A stretch of DNA of 64,000 bases, from the NCBI GenBank assembly GCA_024405635.1, contig JAKSOL010000001.1, forward strand, positions 1 through 64,000. Reading direction: 5' to 3'. The notes beneath the pieces are model-generated. The model worked only from the letters and a program-made list of their open reading frames with translations. It ran no database searches and was not told the origin of the DNA. The position numbers and the translations under genes are program-made. Shown here piece after piece: positions 30,244 through 39,413 of the stretch. The DNA is from Salinivirgaceae bacterium. Its GTDB lineage: Bacteria > Bacteroidota > Bacteroidia > Bacteroidales > SZUA-534. Every line of letters begins with the position of its first letter. The stretch's first letter is position 1.

Positions 30244-31722
30244 ATGTTAAAAACGAATTTGATTTTAGGAATTATCAGTTTGTTCACAGTTTTTGGACTG
30301 ATAGGCGAGCCGGTAACCTTATCCTCAAATATGCCAGAAACTGCCGATGCAGGTAGTGAATTTTTGGTTGAAGTAACAATCAAAAAAGGTGATGTTGAAG
30401 GCTTTGCACGTTTTCAGCAAACTTTGCCTGTTGGTTTAACTGCAGTTGCTCGTCAAACAGCAAATGGCGACTTTTCTTTCGTCGATCAAAAGGTTAAAAT
30501 TCAATGGATGCGAGTTCCTTACGATCGCGAGTTTGTTGTTTCATATTCAATTCAAGTCGATCCTTCAATTTCGGGTACTTTTGACATCGATGGAACGTTC
30601 TCATACATTATGGATAATGCAGTGCAAACTGCTAATCTTGAGAGTTCTGCAATTGAAATAGTAAACAAAGATACTGCGGCGGTGGCAATGGTCGATCAGT
30701 TAACATACTCTTACCAAAATGTTAGTATCAAAACGGTTGATTGTATTCGCCAAAAACCATATTTGAACGACGACGACGAGATTATTGTTAATCTAATGGT
30801 CAATAAGGGTGATTTGGATCAGTTTGGAAAAATTCAAGAACAAGTTCCTGTTGGTTATCGTGCAGAGAGTATTCGTTCAAAAAATTCAATTTTTACATTC
30901 AAAAACCACATTGTAAAATTCTTGTGGATGAACATGCCTACTGATGCTCAATTTATTGTTTCATACAAATTGGTGCCAGAAGGTGAAGTTCCTGATCAAG
31001 CTTTTGTTATTACTGGTACTTTTTCGTATGCCGAAAGTGACAGAACAAAAACTTTATCAATAGCTGAACGTAGCGTTGAACTTGAGAACTTTAACGAAGA
31101 AGAATTGGTGGTTGAAGAAAAGAAACCAATTGATGAGGAAGAATCTATTGCCAATCCGTATGCAGCTGCGCTTAATGCGGCTAACATAGCTGCTTCGTTT
31201 GGTGGCAACTACTATTCGGTTCCCGATAATTCGCAAGCAACTCGTCTTGCAAATTCTACAAATAGTGAGTATTATAACGCTTCGTCAAGTGGCGATTCCT
31301 ATAGCAGCTCGTCTTCTTATTCTTCAACAGCAACTTTGGCTGAAAGAACTAGTTCTAGTGTTAATGGTGCATCAACAAGCAAAACTCGTAAAAAACGAGG
31401 TGAGGAAACAATGCAAGTATCAACTCCAGCACCGGAGCGTGGCGTAGCTTATAAAGTGCAAATTGCTGCTGGTCATAAATTAGTTGGCAAAAACTACTTC
31501 AAGCGTCTAAATATTAAAGAAAAAGTTCAAGTTGAGGCGCACAATGGTTGGAACAAGTACACCATTGGTCATTTTAACGAGTACAAAGATGCTCGCGATT
31601 ACAGAGTATATGTTTGGAATAATACTCCAATTCAAGATGCCTTTGTAACTGCATACAACAACGGATTGCGCATCACTGTTCAAGAGGCTTTGATGATATC
31701 AAATCAAAAGTGGTATAAATAG
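30244..31722 (+). CDS. Exported protein with two Ig-like repeats and a SPOR-like C-terminus
   Basis: Internal duplication (KGD...PVG...F.F....K..WM..P...F.VSY...GTFSY twice); YKVQIAAG...DAFVTAY.NG.RIT. Confidence 0.7.
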   Translation: MLKTNLILGIISLFTVFGLIGEPVTLSSNMPETADAGSEFLVEVTIKKGDVEGFARFQQTLPVGLTAVARQTANGDFSFVDQKVKIQWMRVPYDREFVVSYSIQVDPSISGTFDIDGTFSYIMDNAVQTANLESSAIEIVNKDTAAVAMVDQLTYSYQNVSIKTVDCIRQKPYLNDDDEIIVNLMVNKGDLDQFGKIQEQVPVGYRAESIRSKNSIFTFKNHIVKFLWMNMPTDAQFIVSYKLVPEGEVPDQAFVITGTFSYAESDRTKTLSIAERSVELENFNEEELVVEEKKPIDEEESIANPYAAALNAANIAASFGGNYYSVPDNSQATRLANSTNSEYYNASSSGDSYSSSSSYSSTATLAERTSSSVNGASTSKTRKKRGEETMQVSTPAPERGVAYKVQIAAGHKLVGKNYFKRLNIKEKVQVEAHNGWNKYTIGHFNEYKDARDYRVYVWNNTPIQDAFVTAYNNGLRITVQEALMISNQKWYK

Positions 31723-31756
31723 CACTGCGACGAAGGTTGAAAGGAAATATTGAGAA

Positions 31757-33085
31757 ATGAAAAAGGTTGCGGTAATATTATTCAGCTTACTAACATTTAT
31801 CCTCCCATCGGTCAATGCTCAAGACATTGACGAAGATTATTTGTCGGTTTTGCTTGAGGAGGATGAAGAAGATTCAAATCTTGCTTTCAAACCAGTTCTT
31901 GGTTTAGGTGTGGGTTCCTTTTCGTTTTTTGGCGATGTAACCGATTATTTGAGCTCTCCAGCAAACGGCATAACTAGTTATAGATTGGGAATTAGCCGTG
32001 TTATTGGCAAGTGTTTCGATATGGAGTTCCACGGAACAATGGGCTCGGTTGGAGGTAATCAATACAATGGTTCTGCAACCGATACGTTGAATTTCCGTTC
32101 ACAATTGTTTATGGGTGGCGTTTCGGTTTATTACAATTTTAACCATTTGCTTATCCGTAAACGACCTATTCATCCTTATGTGTCGTTGGGTTTGGAGGTC
32201 TTTCAGTTTTCGCCTAAGGGTGATTTGAAAGACAAAAACGGCAACTGCTACAATTATTGGAAAGACGGTTCAATTCGCGACGCTTCTGGTAATGTTATTT
32301 CTCGCGATTACGAATACGAAACTGGATTGCGTGAACTGACTGACCAAAATTACTCAAAAACAACAGTTGCTATTCCTTTCGATTTGGGAGTTAACTTTAC
32401 CATAACTAACCGTGTTACTTGCCGTACAGGTGCTGCAGTTCACGTGCTGATGTCTGATTATGTTGACAATGTTAAAGGTGGCAAGGGTTGGAAAAACGAT
32501 ATTGTGATGAATACATACGTATCCTTGTCGGTTGACTTGTTCTCGTCTGATGAGGAGTTGGTGGCAGTTGAAAACTTCCGTAACTTGAAATTTACCGTAA
32601 CCGACCATATGGACGAAGATGGCGATGGCGTTGATGACTTTAACGATGAGTGTCCAGGTACTCCTGCAAAAGTTAAGGTTTATCCTAATGGTTGCCCTGT
32701 CGATAGCGACCACGATGGCGTTCCAGATTATCTTGACAAGCAAAAAGATACTCCAATTGGAAAAAATGTTGTGGTTGATGCCGATGGTGTAAAAATGTCA
32801 GATTCACAAGTTATTTCATTATTGTATAATCCTGACGCTATTACTCGTAATAAAGTTAAGATATACAATGATGCAGCTGAAGCTGCTGCAACTGACTCAG
32901 AAGAGGAGCAAGATGACGTAAAACAAAAGGGTATTCCTGATAAATTTAAGCATGTTGATATAAATGGAGACCGATATATTTCGCACGAGGAGTTGCAACT
33001 TGCTATTGATGCAATTTTTGAAGGAAAAAGCACACTTACTCCTGCTGATATCAGTGAGTTACAAGACTTCTTCTTTAAACAATAA
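31757..33085 (+). CDS. Outer-membrane beta-barrel with TSP3-like Ca-binding repeats and an EF-hand
   Basis: Signal peptide, amphipathic beta strands, DEDGDGVDDFNDECPGTP, DSDHDGVPDYLD, DINGDRYISHEE. Confidence 0.72.
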   Translation: MKKVAVILFSLLTFILPSVNAQDIDEDYLSVLLEEDEEDSNLAFKPVLGLGVGSFSFFGDVTDYLSSPANGITSYRLGISRVIGKCFDMEFHGTMGSVGGNQYNGSATDTLNFRSQLFMGGVSVYYNFNHLLIRKRPIHPYVSLGLEVFQFSPKGDLKDKNGNCYNYWKDGSIRDASGNVISRDYEYETGLRELTDQNYSKTTVAIPFDLGVNFTITNRVTCRTGAAVHVLMSDYVDNVKGGKGWKNDIVMNTYVSLSVDLFSSDEELVAVENFRNLKFTVTDHMDEDGDGVDDFNDECPGTPAKVKVYPNGCPVDSDHDGVPDYLDKQKDTPIGKNVVVDADGVKMSDSQVISLLYNPDAITRNKVKIYNDAAEAAATDSEEEQDDVKQKGIPDKFKHVDINGDRYISHEELQLAIDAIFEGKSTLTPADISELQDFFFKQ

Positions 33086-33104
33086 TCGGATTTTAACACA
33101 TATA

Positions 33105-33146
33105 AAAAAGCCATCTGAATTTATTTTAGATGGCTTTTGTTTTTTT
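33105..33146. terminator. Bidirectional intrinsic terminator
   Basis: AAAAGCCATCT...AGATGGCTTTT between convergent genes. Confidence 0.8.
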
Positions 33147-33162
33147 TATGTTGTAGTGATGA

Positions 33163-33618
33163 TTATCGTCGTTGTTTGCTAATTCTGTCTAATTCACGTT
33201 TGCTGTCACGTTGTTTAATGTCCTCTCGTTTGTCAAACACTTTCTTACCACGTGCTAGTCCTATCTCAATTTTAACTAGTCCTCGTTCGTTAATAAACAG
33301 CGAAATAGGGACAACAGTGAACCCTTTTTCTTTTATTTTCTTTTCCATTTTGTCCAACTCACGGCGGTTAAGCAATAGTTTTCGTTCGCGACGAGGCTCG
33401 TGGTTTGTGTATCCACCGTGGTCATATTCGGCAATGTACATGTTCTTAATAAACAATTCGCTATTTTGAAAAAAGCAGAATGTTTCAGTTAAACTTGCTT
33501 TGCCTGCCCTAATTGATTTTATTTCAGTTCCAGTGAGTTGCACTCCTGCTACAAACTTTTCAGTAATCTCGTACTGGAAAAATGCTCGTTTGTTGCGTAA
33601 CTTTATATCGTTTGCCAT
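33163..33618 (-). CDS. smpB: SsrA-binding protein
   Basis: NKRA, AGVQLTGTEIKSIR, RKLLL, ARGKK..DKRE. Confidence 0.97.
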   Translation of the reverse strand: MANDIKLRNKRAFFQYEITEKFVAGVQLTGTEIKSIRAGKASLTETFCFFQNSELFIKNMYIAEYDHGGYTNHEPRRERKLLLNRRELDKMEKKIKEKGFTVVPISLFINERGLVKIEIGLARGKKVFDKREDIKQRDSKRELDRISKQRR

Positions 33619-33627
33619 AATGCTTTC

Positions 33628-34191
33628 TTATAATAAGGTTTTGCAGAGGTTGAGTGTCATTGTATAACTCAACAACATTAGTATAAAGGAAAAAACTATT
33701 TTAAAAATGTTGGTTCTGCTTAAGTTTGGTTGTTTACTTTTTATTATTTGCCAAAGAATAAATAGCGAGTATAAACCAAAGCAGGTTATCATTGCTGAAA
33801 GTTGATATAATATGCAAGCCACAATGTTAGTTGTAAACATTGGTAATGATGCGTATTCAACCCAATACAACGATTGTTTATAATTACTATTACCTACTAT
33901 CGATGATAGTAGTTTGTTTAGTATAATGCTACTAATTAATATGGTAGTAAATTGAGCAATTACAATGGGTAATACTTGTGATGTAATTATTGTTAAGTTG
34001 CTTGTGTTGCCAATCTCCCAAATAAATCGGCATAAAAAATTGAATATAAACGAAATGGCAAGCAAAGGCATAATTACTTTAACAAGCATTGCTATGGGTT
34101 GTGGCGATGTGCTTATAAAGTTTGTTACCGAACTTTGCGGCGAGCGAAATTGCTCTATAATGGTTCTATATAATGCTTTCGGATTCATCAA
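33628..34191 (-). CDS. Yip1-like membrane protein
   Basis: About five TM helices; YASLP and GLYSLFILW. Confidence 0.6.
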   Translation of the reverse strand: MMNPKALYRTIIEQFRSPQSSVTNFISTSPQPIAMLVKVIMPLLAISFIFNFLCRFIWEIGNTSNLTIITSQVLPIVIAQFTTILISSIILNKLLSSIVGNSNYKQSLYWVEYASLPMFTTNIVACILYQLSAMITCFGLYSLFILWQIIKSKQPNLSRTNIFKIVFSFILMLLSYTMTLNLCKTLL

Positions 34192-34257
34192 TCTAAAATA
34201 TCACTGCGAAAATAATCTAAATTTGCAACTATTAGGAACAAAGACACTCCTCTCAAT

Positions 34258-35178
34258 ATGAACTATAACGGAAAACTAATTACCATTTTAGGCCCAACGG
34301 CCACAGGTAAAACTGCACTTGCGGCTGCTTTGGCGGCAAAACTCGATGCTGAAATTATCAGTGCAGATTCGCGACAGGTTTACCGATCAATGGATTTAGG
34401 TACAGGAAAGGATTTGGGCGATTATATTGTAGATGGAAAGCATATTCCTTATTATTTAATTGACATTGCAGAGCCAGGTTATAAGTACAATGTATTTGAA
34501 TATCAGCGCGATTTCCATTCTGTTTATGAGTCGATTGTTAGTAGGAGGGTTCAGCCTATTCTTTGTGGAGGTACAGGGTTGTATATTGAAGCTGTGCTGA
34601 AAGGCTATCAAATGACCGATGTGCCTGTAAACCAAAAACTTCGTGATGAACTTGAACAATATAGTTTGGAACAACTTACGCAGATGCTTGGCGAGTTGAA
34701 ACCGTTGCATAACACGTCGGATACCGATACAAAAAAAAGAGCTATACGTGGAATTGAAATTGCAATGTATCAGCGCGATAATAAGGAACAATTGCCCGAT
34801 AGAAAGCCTATTGATAGCGTAATATTTGGCATTAACACACCACGTGAAATAGTTATCGATCGTATTAACAAGCGTCTTGTGCAACGCTTGAACGATGGCA
34901 TGATTGATGAAGTGAAAATGTTGCTTGAAAGAGGTATTGCTCCTCAAGATTTAATTTACTATGGACTTGAGTACAAGTTCGTAACACAGTTCTTAACAGG
35001 CGAAATTTCGTACGATTTTATGGTTGAACATTTGGCTATTGCTATTCGTCAATTTGCTAAACGTCAAATGACTTGGTTTCGCCACATGGAACGTAATGGA
35101 TTTAATATAAATTGGATTGATGGAACCTTGCCTTTAGAGCAAAAGGTTGATGCAGTTTTGCAAGTTTTGAATAAATAG
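34258..35178 (+). CDS. miaA: tRNA dimethylallyltransferase
   Basis: GPTATGKT, SADSRQVY, GGTGLY, FAKRQMTW. Confidence 0.96.
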   Translation: MNYNGKLITILGPTATGKTALAAALAAKLDAEIISADSRQVYRSMDLGTGKDLGDYIVDGKHIPYYLIDIAEPGYKYNVFEYQRDFHSVYESIVSRRVQPILCGGTGLYIEAVLKGYQMTDVPVNQKLRDELEQYSLEQLTQMLGELKPLHNTSDTDTKKRAIRGIEIAMYQRDNKEQLPDRKPIDSVIFGINTPREIVIDRINKRLVQRLNDGMIDEVKMLLERGIAPQDLIYYGLEYKFVTQFLTGEISYDFMVEHLAIAIRQFAKRQMTWFRHMERNGFNINWIDGTLPLEQKVDAVLQVLNK

Positions 35179-35245
35179 TCGTTTCGTATCAAAAATTCAA
35201 TTTTGATTACAAAAATCAGATTTCATTTGTTATTAAATGGTGAGA

Positions 35246-36190
35246 TTAATGTCTTGATCCCCAGTCAAAGGCTATGCCCGTGATAAAGTGAGTAAAACTG
35301 TCGTAACAAACGAATCCTTCAACTCCTACAAAAAAACTGAGTTTGTTTATTCTGTATCCAGCTGATGGTCGTGTATATAATCCTCTACAATCTGTTGAAA
35401 ATATACCGAGTCTCAGTTCCGCAAATGGGCTATTCTTTTCTGCTTTGAACTCATATCGAGTAGTTCCAAAAACTTTGGCTTCTGCTGCATTGTGTACTTC
35501 CATAGCGTACAAAGCAACAAGATTAAAACCAAGACCGGCTCCAATAAATAAATGTGGATTAAATTGGTATCCGTGGGTTATTGATGGTCCTAAGTTTTTT
35601 TCTCCTATTGTTCCTTCTGCAATTCCTCTATATCCTTTATTTGGGTAATTGATGTGTTTGTCAATAATTTCTATATCAACATCATTTGTTGAAGGAGAAT
35701 TATGATATCTCGCTTTCCAGTCAATAGATATGCCCGCAATTAACGAAGGGTTATTTGAGTAAGGACAAAGGGCAAATCCTCCAAAAAAATTAAAATGATT
35801 GACACGAACACCATATACACTCCTAAAATGAGCGGCTCCTCCAAATGTTATGCATCCACCAAGTTGTAAATCGATATATGGTGAAACTTTTTCATTTTTG
35901 AATTCGTACCTAGTATCAACAAATCCTACGATACCAACTAAATCTGCTTCCCATTCTGCTACATAAAAAGGCAATCCGCCGCCCAAACCAACAAACCATT
36001 TGTCGTTTTTCTTCAATTGCCTTCCGTGAATTGTAGTTAATGTGTAGTATAATTCTCCATCAGTGTTTAATGTGAACGATAAGTCGCCAAATGCTCGGTA
36101 TCCGTATCTAAGGTATTTGGTCTCTTCACTTTGTGCGCTAACCGAAATTAAGACAAAACTTGCAAGTAAGAGTAGTAATACGCGTTTCAT
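35246..36190 (-). CDS. Tandem two-unit outer-membrane beta-barrel protein
   Basis: Two similar halves (GYR...T.HG.Q...G.G.G...RYEFK.EK.SP...L.LG...G.R.N...GI..DW). Confidence 0.72.
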   Translation of the reverse strand: MKRVLLLLLASFVLISVSAQSEETKYLRYGYRAFGDLSFTLNTDGELYYTLTTIHGRQLKKNDKWFVGLGGGLPFYVAEWEADLVGIVGFVDTRYEFKNEKVSPYIDLQLGGCITFGGAAHFRSVYGVRVNHFNFFGGFALCPYSNNPSLIAGISIDWKARYHNSPSTNDVDIEIIDKHINYPNKGYRGIAEGTIGEKNLGPSITHGYQFNPHLFIGAGLGFNLVALYAMEVHNAAEAKVFGTTRYEFKAEKNSPFAELRLGIFSTDCRGLYTRPSAGYRINKLSFFVGVEGFVCYDSFTHFITGIAFDWGSRH

Positions 36191-36238
36191 AAATTTTTGT
36201 GGTTAAAAAGGTTGTGGCAATTTATTGATTTTATCAAT

Positions 36239-36278
36239 AAAAAAAGTCGCCCTTTTTGTGAAAAAGAACGACTTTTTT
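36239..36278 (-). terminator. Intrinsic terminator after prfC
   Basis: AAAAAAGTCG...CGACTTTTTT. Confidence 0.65.
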
Positions 36279-36296
36279 GGTTGTTATGTTTTTTTA

Positions 36297-37877
36297 TTAA
36301 AACTCCGAAGTGAAGAAGAATTCAAGTCCTTTGAATTTTTCTTGTGCCATTTGAAGTTCGTAAGCCGATTCGGCCAAATAAACATCGCGGTCGTATTTGT
36401 CTTTAGCAATCGATTTGAATTTACGTTTCTTAAAATCTTCCCATTCGGCTTTGTCGTTTGGACGAACCCAGCAAGCTTTGTATAGGCTAGCAGGCTCGTA
36501 TCGGCATTGTGCTCCGTACTCGTGTAGTAATCGGTATTCAATAACCTCAAATTGTAGTGCTCCAACAGTTCCAATAATCTTGCGGCCGTTCATTGTTAAG
36601 GTAAACAATTGTGCTACACCTTCGTCCATTAGTTGGTCAATGCCTTTGGCTAGTTGTTTGGCTTTCATTGGGTCGCTGTTTTCAATGTAGCGGAACATCT
36701 CTGGCGAAAAACTTGGAAGTCCTTTAAAGTGCATGTTTTCGCCTTCGGTTAAAGTGTCGCCAATTTTAAAGTTTCCAGTGTCGTGCAAACCAATAATGTC
36801 GCCAGCATAAGCTTCTTCAACCACCGATGTTTTTTGTGCCATAAATGCGGTTGGACTCGAGAATTTTAGTTGTCGGCCAAGTTGCACGTGAGTGTAGTTG
36901 GTGTTTCGGTGGAATGTACCTGAGCATATTTTTACAAAAGCAATGCGGTCGCGGTGGTTGGGGTCCATGTTTGCGTGAATTTTGAAAACAAATCCGCTGA
37001 ACTTGTCTTCGTATGGACTAACTTGACGTTCAATAGTTTGCGATGGTTGTGGCGATGGTGCAATGCGAATAAACGATTCAAGCAACTCTTTAACACCAAA
37101 ATTGTAAAGCGCACTACCAAAAAATATTGGAGCAACTTTGGCATCAAGGTATTCTTGGTTGTCAAAAGTTGGATAAACACCGGTAATTAAATCAAGGTCT
37201 TCGCGTAGTTTTTCAGCATTTCGTTCGCCAAGTTTTTTGTCAACCTCAGGAGCGTTAATGTCTTTAAACTCTTGTGGTTCTTCGGCTTTCGTCTTATCAT
37301 CGCCGCTAAAATAGTACATCTTGCGGTCAAGAATATTGTAAACGCCTTGTAAGCGTTGTCCCATTCCAACAGGCCAACTTAAAGGGTGAACATGTATTTC
37401 AAGTTGTTTTTCAATTTCGTCAAGCAAGTCAAAAGGGTCTTTGCCTTCGCGGTCAACTTTGTTTACAAACACAATAACTGGAGTTTTGCGCATTCGGCAA
37501 ACTTTCATCAGTTTTTCAGTTTGTGCCTCAACGCCTTTTGCGGCATCAACCACCACAATTACACTGTCAACTGCAGTTAGCGTGCGGAAAGTGTCCTCGG
37601 CAAAATCTTGGTGACCAGGGGTGTCAAGAATATTGATTTTTACGCCATCGTATTCAAATCCCATAACCGAAGTTGCAACCGAAATACCACGTTGGCGCTC
37701 TATTTCCATAAAGTCCGATGTGGCAGTTTTTTTAATTTTATTCGATTTTACGGCTCCAGCTACGTGAATGGCGCCACCAAATAGCAACAATTTTTCGGTT
37801 AATGTTGTTTTACCTGCATCAGGGTGGCTTACAATTGCAAATGTGCGTCGGCGTTCAATTTCTTCTTTTAAACTCAT
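36297..37877 (-). CDS. prfC: Peptide chain release factor 3
   Basis: RRRTFAIVSHPDAGKTT, DTPGHQDF, ANMDPNHRDR. Confidence 0.97.
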   Translation of the reverse strand: MSLKEEIERRRTFAIVSHPDAGKTTLTEKLLLFGGAIHVAGAVKSNKIKKTATSDFMEIERQRGISVATSVMGFEYDGVKINILDTPGHQDFAEDTFRTLTAVDSVIVVVDAAKGVEAQTEKLMKVCRMRKTPVIVFVNKVDREGKDPFDLLDEIEKQLEIHVHPLSWPVGMGQRLQGVYNILDRKMYYFSGDDKTKAEEPQEFKDINAPEVDKKLGERNAEKLREDLDLITGVYPTFDNQEYLDAKVAPIFFGSALYNFGVKELLESFIRIAPSPQPSQTIERQVSPYEDKFSGFVFKIHANMDPNHRDRIAFVKICSGTFHRNTNYTHVQLGRQLKFSSPTAFMAQKTSVVEEAYAGDIIGLHDTGNFKIGDTLTEGENMHFKGLPSFSPEMFRYIENSDPMKAKQLAKGIDQLMDEGVAQLFTLTMNGRKIIGTVGALQFEVIEYRLLHEYGAQCRYEPASLYKACWVRPNDKAEWEDFKKRKFKSIAKDKYDRDVYLAESAYELQMAQEKFKGLEFFFTSEF

Positions 37878-37883
37878 AATCAA

Positions 37884-38243
37884 TTACTTACTCGGATATA
37901 CATATTTAATGTTGATGCTTCGCTCATTTTCTTCTTCTTCCGAATCGTCAAACTCTTCATCGTCATCAAACTCTTCGTCATCATCATCATCATCTTCTTC
38001 TTGGTCGCGATATATTGATTCTTGTGCGTCATATTCATCGTACATAAAATCAATAGCTTCGCTCACAAGTTCGTCAATCTGTTCTTGGGTTAACTTTGGT
38101 TCGTCAATCCAATAGAGTGTGCAGTCCGATTCAAAATCTTCTTCGTCGCCTTCTAAAACAAATCGTGGAGCTTCATTATGAACTACATATAAGTAGCCGA
38201 TGCGCTCTTGATTGTTCTCGGCAAGCATGAATTTAGGTAGCAT
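37884..38243 (-). CDS. Small acidic hypothetical protein
   Basis: LPKFMLAEN...YVVHNEAPRF; poly-D/E tail; abuts prfC. Confidence 0.7.
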   Translation of the reverse strand: MLPKFMLAENNQERIGYLYVVHNEAPRFVLEGDEEDFESDCTLYWIDEPKLTQEQIDELVSEAIDFMYDEYDAQESIYRDQEEDDDDDDEEFDDDEEFDDSEEEENERSINIKYVYPSK

Positions 38244-38319
38244 CTTTTTTCTGTTTTTTAGCGGCGCAAATATAGTTCATTCCTTATCTCAACCCAATGT
38301 GTGTAGGCTCTTATATGGC

Positions 38320-38355
38320 AAAAAAAAATCCCCGCACCATTTGGTGCGAGGATTT
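38320..38355 (-). terminator. Intrinsic terminator
   Basis: AAAAAAAATCCCGCACCA TT TGGTGCGAGGATTT. Confidence 0.7.
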
Positions 38356-38377
38356 CTATTAGTTGTTATTCAGATTA

Positions 38378-38923
38378 TTAGAATTTGAACGATACACCAA
38401 GATTCATTTGGCTAAGTTCGCAACCCTCAATAATTTCAGCTGAAAGAGCCAATTTGTCGGTAACAAAGAAACGGCAACCTACAATACCTGCACCTTGGAA
38501 TACAACATCGGTGTCATCATCACCGTGAGCTTCGTTTCCGTGCCATTCATATTTCCAAGAGCGGAATGCTATACCTGATGCAGCACCTGCATGAACTTCA
38601 AATTTGTTGGTGATGTTCAAGCCATAAGTTGCGCGAGCCATTACTGCAGTGCTAGACCATTTTTCTTCGTATTTGTAACCCCAACCATTGTAATCTTCAG
38701 TTCTTGTGCTGAAACCTGCCATACCACCAATGGTGAAGTGGCCTTTCCACCATGAGTTAACCAATACATAGTCGCCAGATACGTTAATACCTACACCTGG
38801 TACAAAACCTACAAAAGCGTTCAAGTTGAAGTCGCCTACGTTGTTTGGATTTTCAATTGCAGAAGCATTGAAAGATGCCAAACTCAATACTGCAGCCATT
38901 GCTGCTAAAACAAGTTTTTTCAT
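38378..38923 (-). CDS. Small outer-membrane beta-barrel protein
   Basis: Signal peptide (ASA), amphipathic strands, C-terminal GVSFKF. Confidence 0.82.
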   Translation of the reverse strand: MKKLVLAAMAAVLSLASFNASAIENPNNVGDFNLNAFVGFVPGVGINVSGDYVLVNSWWKGHFTIGGMAGFSTRTEDYNGWGYKYEEKWSSTAVMARATYGLNITNKFEVHAGAASGIAFRSWKYEWHGNEAHGDDDTDVVFQGAGIVGCRFFVTDKLALSAEIIEGCELSQMNLGVSFKF

Positions 38924-39207
38924 TTTTAATAGATTTAAGTAAATGTAAATATTTGATAATTAAATTATTAATCGTTTGCGCGTTTGTTTTGTTATCTTTC
39001 ATCGACTACAAAAGTATTGCAAACTTTAAACTTTCAATAAGCAAAACATGCTTTTTTGACTAATAGCAAAGCAATGTATTTTCGTATATTGATAATAGTC
39101 ATAAAACTTATGTTATTGCTATTTAATAAGAGATTGAGAAAATAATGTTTGGAAAGAATGGAAAATAAAAAAAAGACTCAACCTTGCGGTCAAGTCTTTT
39201 AAAAGTG

Positions 39208-39282
39208 TCGGGGTAGCAGGATTCGAACCTGCGACCTCCTGCTCCCAAAGCAGGCACACTAACCGGGCTGTGCTATGCCCCG
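39208..39282 (-). tRNA. tRNA-Pro(TGG), CCA not encoded
   Basis: Minus strand CGGGGCATAGCACAGCCCGGTTAGTGTGCCTGCTTTGGGAGCAGGAGGTCGCAGGTTCGAATCCTGCTACCCCGA; anticodon TGG, T-loop GTTCGAATC. Confidence 0.96.
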
Positions 39283-39413
39283 CGCTTTTCATTTAAGCGT
39301 TGCAAAAGTAGTGCTTAATTTTATTCGTGCAATAGCTTTTTTAAAAAAGTTGCAAAAATTTTTGCTTTGACATTTTTTTCTGAAACTTTGGCTCGCAAAG
39401 CTTTTTCATAATT

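Noticed and set aside
39208-39282. tRNA-Pro as an island integration site
   Set aside because: No integrase and no duplicated tRNA 3' end were seen nearby.
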